The notes beneath the pieces were generated by a model. That model saw only the letters and a program-made list of their open reading frames with translations, was not told where the DNA came from and did not search any database. A stretch of 53,138 bases of DNA, taken from positions 1 through 53,138 of the forward strand of contig JAGASX010000010.1 in the NCBI GenBank assembly GCA_017621525.1. Direction: 5' to 3'. This DNA is from Clostridia bacterium. GTDB taxonomy: Bacteria > Bacillota > Clostridia > Christensenellales > UBA1242. Position 1 is the first letter of the stretch; each line of letters begins with the position of its first letter. A program made the position numbers and the translations under genes. Below are positions 19,001 to 28,430 of the stretch, in pieces.

Positions 19001-22000
19001 AACAGAGGTAAGTTCACTTTGATAGTAATATCCGCTGTCGCTTCCTGTATAAACGCCCTTTAAACTTATATCGTTTGCAAGGTTGAATTTAAGGGTGCTC
19101 ATATAGCGTATATCATTTGGATTGTAAGAAATGTTTATTTGGTTGTTTCTTGTTGTAAGGCTTGGCGCGTTTAGTTTATATAAGCCCTTTATAACGTAAG
19201 AATCACTTTCCACATTCATTGTTGAAGGTGAAATAGAGCCGTTAAGTGAAAGAACAATATATTCATAAACTCCGCTTTTATCAAGTTGCAGTTTAACCAT
19301 TCCGTTTTCAAAGTTTTGACGGATTGAAGTTTCTGCCTGTGATGTGATTTTGTATCTTGCCAAAATTTCATAAGTTTGGTCAAGGGTTGCATTGATTGTA
19401 AATTGTCCGTTTACAAATGTTATGCCGTCAGTTTGCAGGTCAAGGTACCTTAAATTAAACTTGGCACTTTTGCCGTTTACAACATATCCGTCATCACATT
19501 GGTATGTGAAAATGTTGGCGGTGATAAGAGTGTTCACCTGTATTTTTTCGCCATAACCAAGCACTTCCAATGCATCTTTAAGTTTATTCATATTCAACTT
19601 AAATGACGGAATAGCAAGGTTTGATGCAACATTTGTAATCACGCCGTCAACCGCGCTGTTTAAATCTTGTCCGCCAATTGAAATATGCCAACTTGTGCCG
19701 TCATAACCAATGATGAAGTTTATGATTTCATCAAGCATATAAAGGCCGTCTTTTGGTGCATAGCGAAGTTGCATTTTGTAAACCTGACCAAGTTGTTTTG
19801 TGTATCCACTGCCTGTATTTACCATATTCATTGTTGGTTTTACAATTGCAGTATAGTATGTTTCACCGTCGCCTTCTTCTGTCTGCAAAGTAAGTTCAGG
19901 CGATGCAGAAATATAAATTTTTACCGCCTGTGAGTAATTTGATTCAATAAAGTTTGATTGCCCTACTTGGCAAATTGAGAACAGGTATTCACCTTCCGGC
20001 AGAATTCTTGCAAAGTCGTCAATTAAAACCACATTATCGCCAATTCCATGGTTGGAACGTGAAATTGATGTGATAAGTGCATCGGTGTTTTGCGCCTCAA
20101 TAGTGTCAAGGTTTTGAAGCATAAGTTGTTGGTAAATGCGAAGAAGTGTGATGTAACTATCTGTCATTGTGTTTTGATTTTCAACCGTCGCATAATCTCT
20201 TGAAGCAAAGGAAATGTCTACATCAGGCATAAGTACAGATGCGTTTATTGTGCCTGTATATGACAAGTTGGTTGCACCGCCACCGCTTACAGAGGTTATT
20301 CTCATTTGAAGCAACGCCTCATCGAATGTTGGAACGGTAAATGCAAATGGCGACTTATAAACTTCAAGACCTATTTGACTATGGAGCGACTGTGCAGGTG
20401 TTGTCTGTCCAAAATATTCGATTATATCTTGCATAAAGTCGCTTGCCAAAAATGCATCATGTTTGTAAACAATTTGTCCGTCAACAACATCAACCGCGAT
20501 AGGTGTTGGGTAAAGCATTGTGTTGGTTTTTTCAGACTCTCTGCTTGCGACCACATTTTTGTTGAAGTTAAGGGCAATGATGCTTACATTGTATGCATTG
20601 TTTTCTTTAAGTCCAACTGTACGCATATCAATGGCATTTGCTGTGGTAAGAATTTTCTTGGAAGTGCCCAAAATCATATTTTCAAGCACAACATAGTATG
20701 AGGTTGGGGTAGGCTCTCCGCCCGCCTTGTTCTCCCATGTCCAACGCAAATAGTTGTTTTCAATGGTAAGAATGTTTGCCTCATCGGCACCGTCGTTTAC
20801 GCAGTTGAGTTTATATAAGTCATACACATTTGTATTGTATTGATAGTAAGTTGTATCAGTTTTGCCCACGCGTGCAATCTTTATTGACACATCGCCATAG
20901 GCAATTGTAGAAAGCAGGTCGCGTATGCTTACCGCATAGCACTTGGTGTAAATAAGGTTTGCCTCTGTGCCCTTTTCTTGGGTGAAATAACCATTTTTAC
21001 CTTCAAGGTCGGTTACCCAATAGCCTAAAACATCGCTTGGGTAGAAGTAGAAATTGCGTGTGTCTTCTGTGTAGTCATAGCGAAGTTCGCTTTCTTCTGG
21101 CGGTGGAGTTTCTTCGCCACCTTCGCCCTCTTCGCCCGTTCCGTCGCCGGTATCTTCGCCGTCGCCGGTGTTTGTATCATCTTCAATAATTTCATCCATA
21201 AACAAGCCGGTAAGGCGAATTGAAAATGCTGTGGTTGAAATGCCTTCATTGTCAGCATCAAAAATTAAATAATCCTTTTCCAAATCTCGTCCACGCACAA
21301 GGCTTGGGTCGTCGCCGGTGCGATAGCCTATTGTAAGTGGCGACCACGCACTGCGGATAAAGCCAAATCGTCTTACAGAAAATTCTATCTCATATTCTGT
21401 ATTTGTAAGTTGAATTTCGCTTGCAAACAGGTCGAATATTTCCGCCATTGTAACAAAGAATTGAGTTTCACTTCCCTCTACCGTTTGGGCAGTGAAGTCC
21501 TTTTCAATATAGGCATCTTCACCTGTTTTCATTCTTGCGGTAAACACAAGGTCATCATAATGATGAAGGACTAATGTGAAGTTAATATTCCCCTTGTCGT
21601 CAACTGAAATATCTTGTAAGTTGTCAATCCTATATCCATAATGGTCTTGATATTGATAACTTGGCAAAATTGCCCCTGTTGCATCAAAGGTTATATAATC
21701 AATGTCATAATATCCACCAAATGGCACAGCACCGAAGAAGTCATCAGCCATAAGGTCAAATTGAGGGTTTTCTTTAATTTCTTCGGGGTGTATAATCTTT
21801 ACAACTTCTTGGTCGCCAAGGCGAAGTCGAAGTGCATATGACGCCCCCTCAACAGGCTCATCAATTGTCATTATGCCATCATTATCAATTAAAACCGCCG
21901 GTTCACTTTCAAAACGAACAACATCAAAAGTTTGAGTTGTAGAGCAAATTGCATCATTGCTGTAAACATTTAAGTTTATTTGGTTTGGCACATTGTTGCC

Positions 22001-25000
22001 TGTGAAGAAAAGTGTACACAGTGAGACATCTCCATGGCTCCATGATGGAACTTGAATATGGAAATATCCGTCAATAAGTTGAATGTTTCCGCTGTTTGCT
22101 CCGTCAATCCTTGAACGCGACCAGCAAGTTGTAATTTCTGATTCGTGGTCTCTCAAACAACCTGCCGTATATGCCTTCCAAGTTAATGCAAAGGTAAGGT
22201 CGCTGTCGGCATGGTTTGTCCAAACGTCTTTTACAATAAATTCAAAACCAGAAAGGCGGATATTTTCAAACTCGCTTTCATATTTATCTGACGGCTTAGC
22301 CCTCATAACAACTTCTGTTGGATTGTCAATTTTTGTTGTTGTAAAAATTTGAGAATCTACGCTTCCAATAAAGCCCTTTGCACCTGCCCCGCGAAGAACA
22401 TAGTCATATTGCATTTGGGCTGTAAGCCAAACTTGCACCTCTCCGGCAAGAAGTGTTGCATTTAAGTAATTTTCTATTTCATCATAGTAAACAAATCTTT
22501 CATTTTCTACAATGTATTGGTATACATTCTCTCCGCTATCTTTTGCGTTGACAACATATACAATAGGTTGTGTTTCTGTGCCGGTAAGTGTTTTTAATTC
22601 ATTTGACCAACGCAAAACACCCTCATTGCAATCTTTAAAAATTTCTTCATATGTAGTGTGTGTTACATCAAATGTTTTGTTTGCAAGGTTTTCAACTGTA
22701 ACTGCGAATGGTTTAGAGTTGAAATAATAGTGGGTTGTATCGCTGTTTTGTGCTTTAAGCATAATTTCAAATTTTGTAGTGTCTGCAAAATCTGCAAAAT
22801 TAAATGTTGCAATGTTTGCTCCAATTGTGTAGTTTACATTTGAAGAAGAGCCGTTTACAAGCACCTGTCCAACATAAGATTGGTCATAAAGAATTGCTAT
22901 TGTGCCAAAATAGCCGTCTGCTGTTTTTGATATTGCAAGTGCGTCGTCAAGTTGCAACTGCTCTATATAAATTGGGTCTGAAAGTTGGCTGTCAAGATAT
23001 GTTTTATTAAATGCTTGCACCTGAATTTTCTTTGCAATTAAAAAGTCATAAGTGCCAAGGTCTGACAGTGTGATTTGTGATGAGGTATAGCCCTCAATCG
23101 CAAGAATTTCATCAACATAAATGTCATAAGTTGAGTTTTCCGCCTCTTCCGTCCAAGAAATTATGCAATTTTCATCATCAAATGAAAGTTGTGGTTTTTT
23201 CAGTGTGTATATATCAAGGTGAGTTTCGCCGGAAGTTGTAACCGCGTTTGGTGATGGCAGGCGGTAAACTTCACCCTGAACGCCGTCGCAGAATGAGTAC
23301 ATTTCAACTTGCAAATACTCTGCCTGTCTGTATGCAGAATTAAGTGTTGGGTCGGTTGATGTCAACAAGTCAACAAGTGATTGCAAGTCATAGGTGCTTT
23401 CAGTGTTTTCAATTTGGAATGAGTGATAATAGTTTGCCGATTTGCTGTTGATAAGCCCTAAAACACCCTCAAATCTTAATACAGGAATGGTGTTAAGGTC
23501 TGTCCATGAAATATATCCGTCATAATATGTGAATGTGCTTGGAGATATTGCACGATTGAATGTTGTTTGGTTTGCAACGCTTGCAACATAGTATTGATTG
23601 CCGTTGTTCTCTGCCGGCAAATATCTTGTTTGTAAGGTGAACGAACTGCCAAATTTTGTATAGTCGAAAAGGTCAAGCGTAAAGCCCTCTTGGCTGATAA
23701 CCTGTCCGTTCATAACAACTTCAACCGCCGTAGCGTTGGAAATTACCACATAATTTTGATATTCATTTGTGCGTTTGCCAAAAATATCTTTTGCATATTC
23801 CATTTCAAAGGTAACCTCGGCAAGTCTTTCAACACCCAAGATTTGTGGATTGCTGTCAAGGTACAAAACAGGGTCATATTTAAGTCCGCTTTTTGCAATT
23901 ATTTGAACATCATAATTTTTTGCATCTGCAAGTGGATTTTGAAGAATGTATGCATATTCTTCCCTTTCTTCACCTACTACAATTGTTCCGTCAAGGTTGC
24001 CGTCAACATAGATGTCATATTGCCCGCCAAATTCAACCGCTGTTATGGTAAGCGTAAGCGCGCCATTATCATCTTCAAATTCAACTTCTGGGGTTTCAAT
24101 TGTGTATGTTGCAATAAAGTTTTGGGTAAAGAATGAATTTTCATCAACAAAATTGCAGTCGAGATTAAAGTTTGTATCTGTTGTTTTTGAATAAATTTTT
24201 ATTGTGTAATAACTGCCAAGTGGAAGAATTGGGTTTGTTGTAAGGTCGGTTGTAGTGCCCGTTAAAACAGGTGTATTATCGGTTACGTTGTACTCTTTAT
24301 CAGTTTTGTAAACTTCATAGTAATATTCAACTTCACCTTCAACGCCATTCCAAGCAAAATAGCCATTGGTTTGGCTGTCCGCCTCGCTTACAACCTCCAA
24401 AATGGAAATCGTCCTTTCTTTTTGCACTTGCAATGCGTGTTCTACGCCGTCTTCAATGGTTGTAGCAACAATTGTGAATGTATAATCTCTGCCGTTTGGT
24501 GAAATCTGGCCAAGGTTTTCAAAAGAAATTTGCACTTTGCCGTTTTCTACCACCCTTTGCACATCTGTCATAAGGTTGCCATTGATGAAAAGCGTATATG
24601 TATTTGCGTTTTCCACTTCATCAAAAGTGATTGTAGAAGTTGTGCCGTTAAGTGCGTGCGTAAAGTCTGCAATTTCTTCAAGAACGAAGAAATTGAAAAT
24701 GTATTCGCTGGAATTTACAACACTTTCGCTTGACGCATCGCCAAAATATTTTTCTTGAGCGCCCGATGATGAAGTTTCATCTGCGTTTGGCAGTGCGGTA
24801 ACCTTTATTGAATGTTGCCCAACAGGAAGAACTGAAAGGTCTATGGTTGCGGTAAGCCCACTTTGAATGTTGTAAGCAATACTTCTTCCGCCAAATGAAA
24901 TTTTATAATTTTTTGAATAGTGATTTTCATTAAAAGTAACTTGGGCAGTTTTGCCTACAAATTCAACAGAAACTTCTGGAACTTCAAGTTTTGCATAAGT

Positions 25001-26131
25001 TTTTACAGTTGAGGTGTTGCTGTTAAGGAAAAATCCGTTTGCAGTGGTTTGTCCCAAAGCCATAATTTGAACATTGTAAAGGCCACCTTCAAATCCGTCA
25101 AGAAATTCCTTTATTTCAGCCCCACTTACAACGCCATGCACTTCGCTGTCGCCGGCAAAATTTGTTGCAGAAAGCAAATAACTGTTTGCGTTTGCCTCGC
25201 CAGCCCATGCAATTGCGCCGTCGGTGCCGTCATAGTTGTAGTTCAGGATTGGGGTTTGAAGTTTTGTAAGTGTAAACTTTGAAGTTGTTGAAAGTTTTGT
25301 GCCTACCATGTCGTTTGCAACAACCAAAAGTTCCAACTCACTTCCGCCCGCATATCTTGTAAAGTCAAATTGGAAAAAGTTTTCGCTTATGCCGGAAGCA
25401 AGTTTAAAGCCTTCCAGCCAAACATCGTAAGTTGCCTCCTCTTTGGCTGTCCAAGAGAATTTTGCAATTTGGTTGCCAATTGTTTGCTCTACCTGCAAGT
25501 TTGCCCCTTCAACCAAACCCATAACACCGTTGTTTATATCTTTTGTTATGGTTTTTGAGTTGTCAATTTCTTCTTCATCGCCCAAAGCGGTGATTGAAAT
25601 GTTGTACGCCCCTTTATTTGGGAATGTGAATGAATTTTCTGTAACAGACAATTCGCTTAATGCACCAAGTGTGCCGGTTGCATCATATTCAGCATATTTA
25701 ATCTTATATTCTTGGGCATAAATTGTTTTACCATTTTTTACAATAAATGATTTATCCCAAATTAAAGTGTAATCGTCGCCAATTTGAAGATTTTTTGGGG
25801 AAGAAAATTTATACTTAACATTCACCTTTGCCTTTGCAATGGTTTTGTTGTCGCTTTTTGCAAATATGTAAGTTTCACCAGAGTTTATCGCCTTGTATTG
25901 CCCTTTTGCCTCTTTCTGCAAAATTCCTTCATTTGAAAGGTCAAAAATAACACCCTCTGCGTCTATGCCTTGTAAGGTGATTTCATCTAAAAAATTGATT
26001 GTTTCTTCCAATGATAAATTATATTCATTTTGTGCAAATTGCCCACTGATATTTGATGGGCTGTTGCAGGCAGTTAAACAGCCACTCACCAAAAAGGCAA
26101 ACATAAAAAGCGTAAAGATTTTTTTCTTCAT
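16088..26131 (-). CDS. Giant (~3347 aa) surface lipoprotein with many beta-sandwich (Fn3/Ig-like) repeats and a C-terminal GLUG-like region
   Basis: Uninterrupted ORF; likely start MKKKIF at 26131 (GAGGT RBS); LTAC lipobox; recurring KL..P...W....A..Y modules; GGNGTKANPYLI and VGGIVGVNYGNITGC near the C-terminus. Confidence 0.8.
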   Translation of the reverse strand: MKKKIFTLFMFAFLVSGCLTACNSPSNISGQFAQNEYNLSLEETINFLDEITLQGIDAEGVIFDLSNEGILQKEAKGQYKAINSGETYIFAKSDNKTIAKAKVNVKYKFSSPKNLQIGDDYTLIWDKSFIVKNGKTIYAQEYKIKYAEYDATGTLGALSELSVTENSFTFPNKGAYNISITALGDEEEIDNSKTITKDINNGVMGLVEGANLQVEQTIGNQIAKFSWTAKEEATYDVWLEGFKLASGISENFFQFDFTRYAGGSELELLVVANDMVGTKLSTTSKFTLTKLQTPILNYNYDGTDGAIAWAGEANANSYLLSATNFAGDSEVHGVVSGAEIKEFLDGFEGGLYNVQIMALGQTTANGFFLNSNTSTVKTYAKLEVPEVSVEFVGKTAQVTFNENHYSKNYKISFGGRSIAYNIQSGLTATIDLSVLPVGQHSIKVTALPNADETSSSGAQEKYFGDASSESVVNSSEYIFNFFVLEEIADFTHALNGTTSTITFDEVENANTYTLFINGNLMTDVQRVVENGKVQISFENLGQISPNGRDYTFTIVATTIEDGVEHALQVQKERTISILEVVSEADSQTNGYFAWNGVEGEVEYYYEVYKTDKEYNVTDNTPVLTGTTTDLTTNPILPLGSYYTIKIYSKTTDTNFNLDCNFVDENSFFTQNFIATYTIETPEVEFEDDNGALTLTITAVEFGGQYDIYVDGNLDGTIVVGEEREEYAYILQNPLADAKNYDVQIIAKSGLKYDPVLYLDSNPQILGVERLAEVTFEMEYAKDIFGKRTNEYQNYVVISNATAVEVVMNGQVISQEGFTLDLFDYTKFGSSFTLQTRYLPAENNGNQYYVASVANQTTFNRAISPSTFTYYDGYISWTDLNTIPVLRFEGVLGLINSKSANYYHSFQIENTESTYDLQSLVDLLTSTDPTLNSAYRQAEYLQVEMYSFCDGVQGEVYRLPSPNAVTTSGETHLDIYTLKKPQLSFDDENCIISWTEEAENSTYDIYVDEILAIEGYTSSQITLSDLGTYDFLIAKKIQVQAFNKTYLDSQLSDPIYIEQLQLDDALAISKTADGYFGTIAILYDQSYVGQVLVNGSSSNVNYTIGANIATFNFADFADTTKFEIMLKAQNSDTTHYYFNSKPFAVTVENLANKTFDVTHTTYEEIFKDCNEGVLRWSNELKTLTGTETQPIVYVVNAKDSGENVYQYIVENERFVYYDEIENYLNATLLAGEVQVWLTAQMQYDYVLRGAGAKGFIGSVDSQIFTTTKIDNPTEVVMRAKPSDKYESEFENIRLSGFEFIVKDVWTNHADSDLTFALTWKAYTAGCLRDHESEITTCWSRSRIDGANSGNIQLIDGYFHIQVPSWSHGDVSLCTLFFTGNNVPNQINLNVYSNDAICSTTQTFDVVRFESEPAVLIDNDGIMTIDEPVEGASYALRLRLGDQEVVKIIHPEEIKENPQFDLMADDFFGAVPFGGYYDIDYITFDATGAILPSYQYQDHYGYRIDNLQDISVDDKGNINFTLVLHHYDDLVFTARMKTGEDAYIEKDFTAQTVEGSETQFFVTMAEIFDLFASEIQLTNTEYEIEFSVRRFGFIRSAWSPLTIGYRTGDDPSLVRGRDLEKDYLIFDADNEGISTTAFSIRLTGLFMDEIIEDDTNTGDGEDTGDGTGEEGEGGEETPPPEESELRYDYTEDTRNFYFYPSDVLGYWVTDLEGKNGYFTQEKGTEANLIYTKCYAVSIRDLLSTIAYGDVSIKIARVGKTDTTYYQYNTNVYDLYKLNCVNDGADEANILTIENNYLRWTWENKAGGEPTPTSYYVVLENMILGTSKKILTTANAIDMRTVGLKENNAYNVSIIALNFNKNVVASRESEKTNTMLYPTPIAVDVVDGQIVYKHDAFLASDFMQDIIEYFGQTTPAQSLHSQIGLEVYKSPFAFTVPTFDEALLQMRITSVSGGGATNLSYTGTINASVLMPDVDISFASRDYATVENQNTMTDSYITLLRIYQQLMLQNLDTIEAQNTDALITSISRSNHGIGDNVVLIDDFARILPEGEYLFSICQVGQSNFIESNYSQAVKIYISASPELTLQTEEGDGETYYTAIVKPTMNMVNTGSGYTKQLGQVYKMQLRYAPKDGLYMLDEIINFIIGYDGTSWHISIGGQDLNSAVDGVITNVASNLAIPSFKLNMNKLKDALEVLGYGEKIQVNTLITANIFTYQCDDGYVVNGKSAKFNLRYLDLQTDGITFVNGQFTINATLDQTYEILARYKITSQAETSIRQNFENGMVKLQLDKSGVYEYIVLSLNGSISPSTMNVESDSYVIKGLYKLNAPSLTTRNNQINISYNPNDIRYMSTLKFNLANDISLKGVYTGSDSGYYYQSELTSVDSVVPYIVGSVNGYDEVIYPSELMAEEFYAYLSGNSGTFTVSDEAVSQGDILLVFSETRPVLSSSVSVIEAKMLPSINSIGLYGGDFYLDDRCVGIDMVTDKDFNHLSGNIVYEILVRYYGFDNLDENGNTLMELHEETLYSERMYASEVQSFAQIVGSQFISADYEYFTISVTVLGALRADKDTANAIQTLEGTYLLLADSVYFGPNSEYPSADYGQHALRSLTVTSPIMTRTKAPFLASESNGVMNGALQFVIDKSLFYYEDSIGGRMRGPLICGDEGEEDESNKIAQHTASRISITAKYGYGGGTITEQVYGTITFSTSTELGQENYVYCSVVPSEGLFSMAMDTISFYITIYGRSQITSVPLVINDVYKLPQVTEEYYDVELVGERTYLNFTKYFERISIANDFSCYKVTIQYMLAGDDAVYTEELTSSSPIKRFELYSTLTILSIQAQDAQDGTTLNPKKLLYSDTTILALNQTSIDGLQVSWNSQAMRFEWSWADGRTEEYEYYVSLYVSGKQETEIVSTNYYMPHNRGLISSGGFEIRARVKSQGTNQMYSFSDRLVYEGEEISYLLYSGGNGTKANPYLILNETDFINIEKRNTIDKKFYFALGDNVTINLANLYTTVDGTLKPIIKEFYGSLDGSGYKLTITSSIVANLDTPFEGALVGISSLNFTQYSSIFHSLSAVAEIKNMYIDYTIAYNNMFDSFIMFSPIAMYNFGEISNVNVTEFTVKNLGGKGENNVFVGGIVGVNYGNITGCTNSATFAYSMAQQLSLNFGFGGICAYNGNITSAYGVISNCFCQGEKQVTVSVNNNLVYLAGITISNAGKISTSGNDGNLKLNARGAGVTTFTGYYAGITVASNNGVLEYLYNNGTIENASSYGTLNFGGIAYVISGGTINTLVETVAGQPIAKSCTSKPTSLGSNYATASSGTHSLITTLALSAQSINCPNSYVLKIATSGEGFKASIAKA

Positions 26132-26388
26132 AGCGACCTCTTCCTTTATTATTTTCATATTAACACTTTTTAAGCCATTTAGGCAAATGTTTTAACAAAT
26201 TTTGCCTAAATAAATATCTAAAAGATATTTTATATTATTAAATAAAAATTTTTTTTAAAAATATTTAAAAATAAAAAATAATGAAAAATATCACAAAAAA
26301 TCATTAAAAATTAAAAAAAATAATAAAAAATAATGAGAAAATTAAAATAAAAATAAAAAATGCCTATAAAAATAGACATTTTTGTTTT

Positions 26389-27870
26389 TTATGAAAGATA
26401 TGTTCCGTCGTCCTCAATTTCTTTATTTTCATAGTTTTGATAAACAGATTCTGCAATTGCAACAAGGTCTTCTTTGTCGCAAACCAAAACTTCTTCAAGG
26501 TCGTCGGCTTTAATATCATACTGTGCCTCTTTAAGTGCAATTGCATCGGCAACGGTAAAATTGCCAGCCCTTCTCATTCTTCTATCCTCGCGTTTAAAAG
26601 CACGCAGTTTTGCCTTGCCTTGGGCGTTAAGGTCATAAAATTTAATTATTCCGTCAATATTTGCAGTATACCAGCCATGGACAAGGGAATTTCTTATTTT
26701 TTCAAGTGTTTCACCCGCGTTTACTCCCACCATTGCGGTAACATTTTCATCATCATCAAAATTTGCGTCTTTATTGTAAAATTGTGATGTAAGAACAAAT
26801 TTTGCATAGCCAATTGCGTCATGGCAAAGCAAAACTTCTGGGCTGTTTGCACATTTCCATGCAAGGTATCCGCTTTCATCACCCATCATAGTTTGCAGGC
26901 GTTCATTTAAAATTTTGTTTACGCCAAAATAATCTTTTGCAGGCTCTTCACACATAATTTCATTAAAAGCAAAATTTAGGTCATTTGCAATTGCGTTTGC
27001 ACTGCGTTTTGGACGATAATATAACGCCATAAAAATTTCATTTTTTCTCTTGAAAAATTTTGCCAAACCTGTTCTGTTTAAATAAACCTTTTTGCCCTCT
27101 GGGTGTTCTTTTAAAAATTGTGCATTTTTAAATTTTAAATAGCCATTGGATATGCTTGCAATTCTTCTTGCGTTATTCTCTTTTATAATCGCGCCGTCAA
27201 CAAAGCGATTTACCTGCCCTAAATACTCTTTCAAAAGCGTTAATGGTGCGTTTACTGCATCATTCTCTCTGCCGTTTAAATAAAGGGATACAACCACTTC
27301 GCCACCTTCGCTTGAAAGGTCATAATTATTATGCGCAATGGTGTTGCGAATTCTTGTGCAAAGCAGGTCCTCTTTCATCTCTAAAAATTGGTCATGCCCT
27401 GCAAAAAGTTGTCTTTTAAGGCGAAGATATGAAATGTTATGCCCTGCACGCTCCCAATCAACGTAACTATAAAAAATCTCTTTAAATTGAATTAAATTGC
27501 CCAAAATGTTAGACACATTTAAGTATGCAATATTGTTTAAATCGTCGCGTGAAATACCATATTTTTCGGCCTCTACAAATATTTTTGCAAGAGGTGCATT
27601 TTCCCCAACCATAATCTCTTTTGTTTTGATAAGTGAAAGCCAAATCCTTCGCATAAATTCAAGCGAATCATTTTGATAATCTCTGTTATATTGCCCCGCT
27701 TTAAAATGCAAAAATTGCATAAGACATGAAGGCTCTTGCTTGTTTTTATCATTCTCTGTCAAGCCATTTACAAACTTAAAATTATTATAGAAAAAAGATA
27801 TTGGCGACCTTACAAGTTCCAACGGACCTCTTCCCTCTTCATTTTTGTAAAAACCTTTATTTTCTTCCAT
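26389..27870 (-). CDS. Hypothetical protein with two HEPN-like RNase motifs (RNTIAH and RNSLVH)
   Basis: Open 493-501 aa frame; motifs at nt 27331-27348 and 26677-26694; probable start MEENKG at 27870, just downstream of a promoter. Confidence 0.7.
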   Translation of the reverse strand: MEENKGFYKNEEGRGPLELVRSPISFFYNNFKFVNGLTENDKNKQEPSCLMQFLHFKAGQYNRDYQNDSLEFMRRIWLSLIKTKEIMVGENAPLAKIFVEAEKYGISRDDLNNIAYLNVSNILGNLIQFKEIFYSYVDWERAGHNISYLRLKRQLFAGHDQFLEMKEDLLCTRIRNTIAHNNYDLSSEGGEVVVSLYLNGRENDAVNAPLTLLKEYLGQVNRFVDGAIIKENNARRIASISNGYLKFKNAQFLKEHPEGKKVYLNRTGLAKFFKRKNEIFMALYYRPKRSANAIANDLNFAFNEIMCEEPAKDYFGVNKILNERLQTMMGDESGYLAWKCANSPEVLLCHDAIGYAKFVLTSQFYNKDANFDDDENVTAMVGVNAGETLEKIRNSLVHGWYTANIDGIIKFYDLNAQGKAKLRAFKREDRRMRRAGNFTVADAIALKEAQYDIKADDLEEVLVCDKEDLVAIAESVYQNYENKEIEDDGTYLS

Positions 27871-27876
27871 ACTTAT

Positions 27877-27904
27877 ATTGTATAACATAATCACATTTTG
27901 TCAA
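27877..27904 (-). promoter_or_regulatory. Sigma-A promoter of the dual-HEPN gene, probably giving a leaderless mRNA
   Basis: TTGACA-16 nt-TACAAT; ATG follows after 6 nt; no SD sequence. Confidence 0.55.
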
Positions 27905-27937
27905 GACCCAAAGTTGATTTTGGGGCGGAAATTTCTT

Positions 27938-28187
27938 TCAATCAAGCCAAACGTACACCCTTGCCTTGTTATCTATAATACCCACCCAAAATGATAATTT
28001 ATTGTATATTTTTTTATAAATATAATTGCCTATATTGTAAAGTTTCTTTATCATTCCTTTCCCATGAGTGTTAGTTAAAAGTTTTGCAATATGGCTCATA
28101 AAATCATCACATAATTTTTCAACATATTTTAAAGATTCTTTGTTACATTTTTTACAATATTTTATGTGTGTATTTTTTCTTTTTCAT
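27938..28187 (-). pseudogene. Frameshifted small ORF (~82 codons) with a CxxC
   Basis: ATG at 28187 (MKKKKY...) stops after 11 codons; the adjacent frame is open 28183-27938 (…IKYCKKCNKESLKYVEKLCDDFMSH…VYVWLD); alternatively a 53-aa ORF from ATG 28099. Confidence 0.4.
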
Positions 28188-28242
28188 AACCCCATTATAT
28201 CATGAAATAACAAATATAATAAAGTTTTAAATAAAAAATATT

Positions 28243-28313
28243 AAAAAATTCAACCCCGCGTGGCGTTACCGCCGATTTCCAATAAACAAAGTATTGGCAT
28301 TGGTTGAATTCAT
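28243..28313 (-). ncRNA. Putative structured small RNA, cassette B
   Basis: TTGACT-17-TATAAT promoter (28346-28318); closing stem AAUUCAACC/GGUUGAAUU plus U-run; internal hairpins CCAAUA/UAUUGG and GGCG-GUAA-CGCC. Confidence 0.65.
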
Positions 28314-28350
28314 GATTATTATACTTCAAAAAAACAGAAAAGTCAACTAC

Positions 28351-28404
28351 AAAAAAAAGATGGGATTATCGATGCCATACCGCTTCGCCTCTATCCCTAT
28401 CTTT
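28351..28404 (-). ncRNA. Putative structured small RNA, cassette A
   Basis: TTGACA-17-TATATT promoter with TG extension (28439-28411); closing stem AAAGAU(A)GGGAU/AUCCCAUCUUU ending in a U8 run. Confidence 0.6.
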
Positions 28405-28430
28405 AATAATAATATATCAAAATATTTACA

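Noticed and set aside
26160-26390. Replication origin in the AT-rich stretch
   Set aside because: No DnaA boxes recognised and no dnaA/dnaN context
26389-27870. Calling the dual-HEPN protein a Cas13
   Set aside because: Much shorter than known Cas13s, no recognisable REC region, and the adjacent array is fully explained by Cas9 and tracrRNA; kept only as a HEPN candidate
28243-28404. Downstream small RNAs as a second tracrRNA
   Set aside because: No complementarity to the repeat; the true anti-repeat is at 36028-36048
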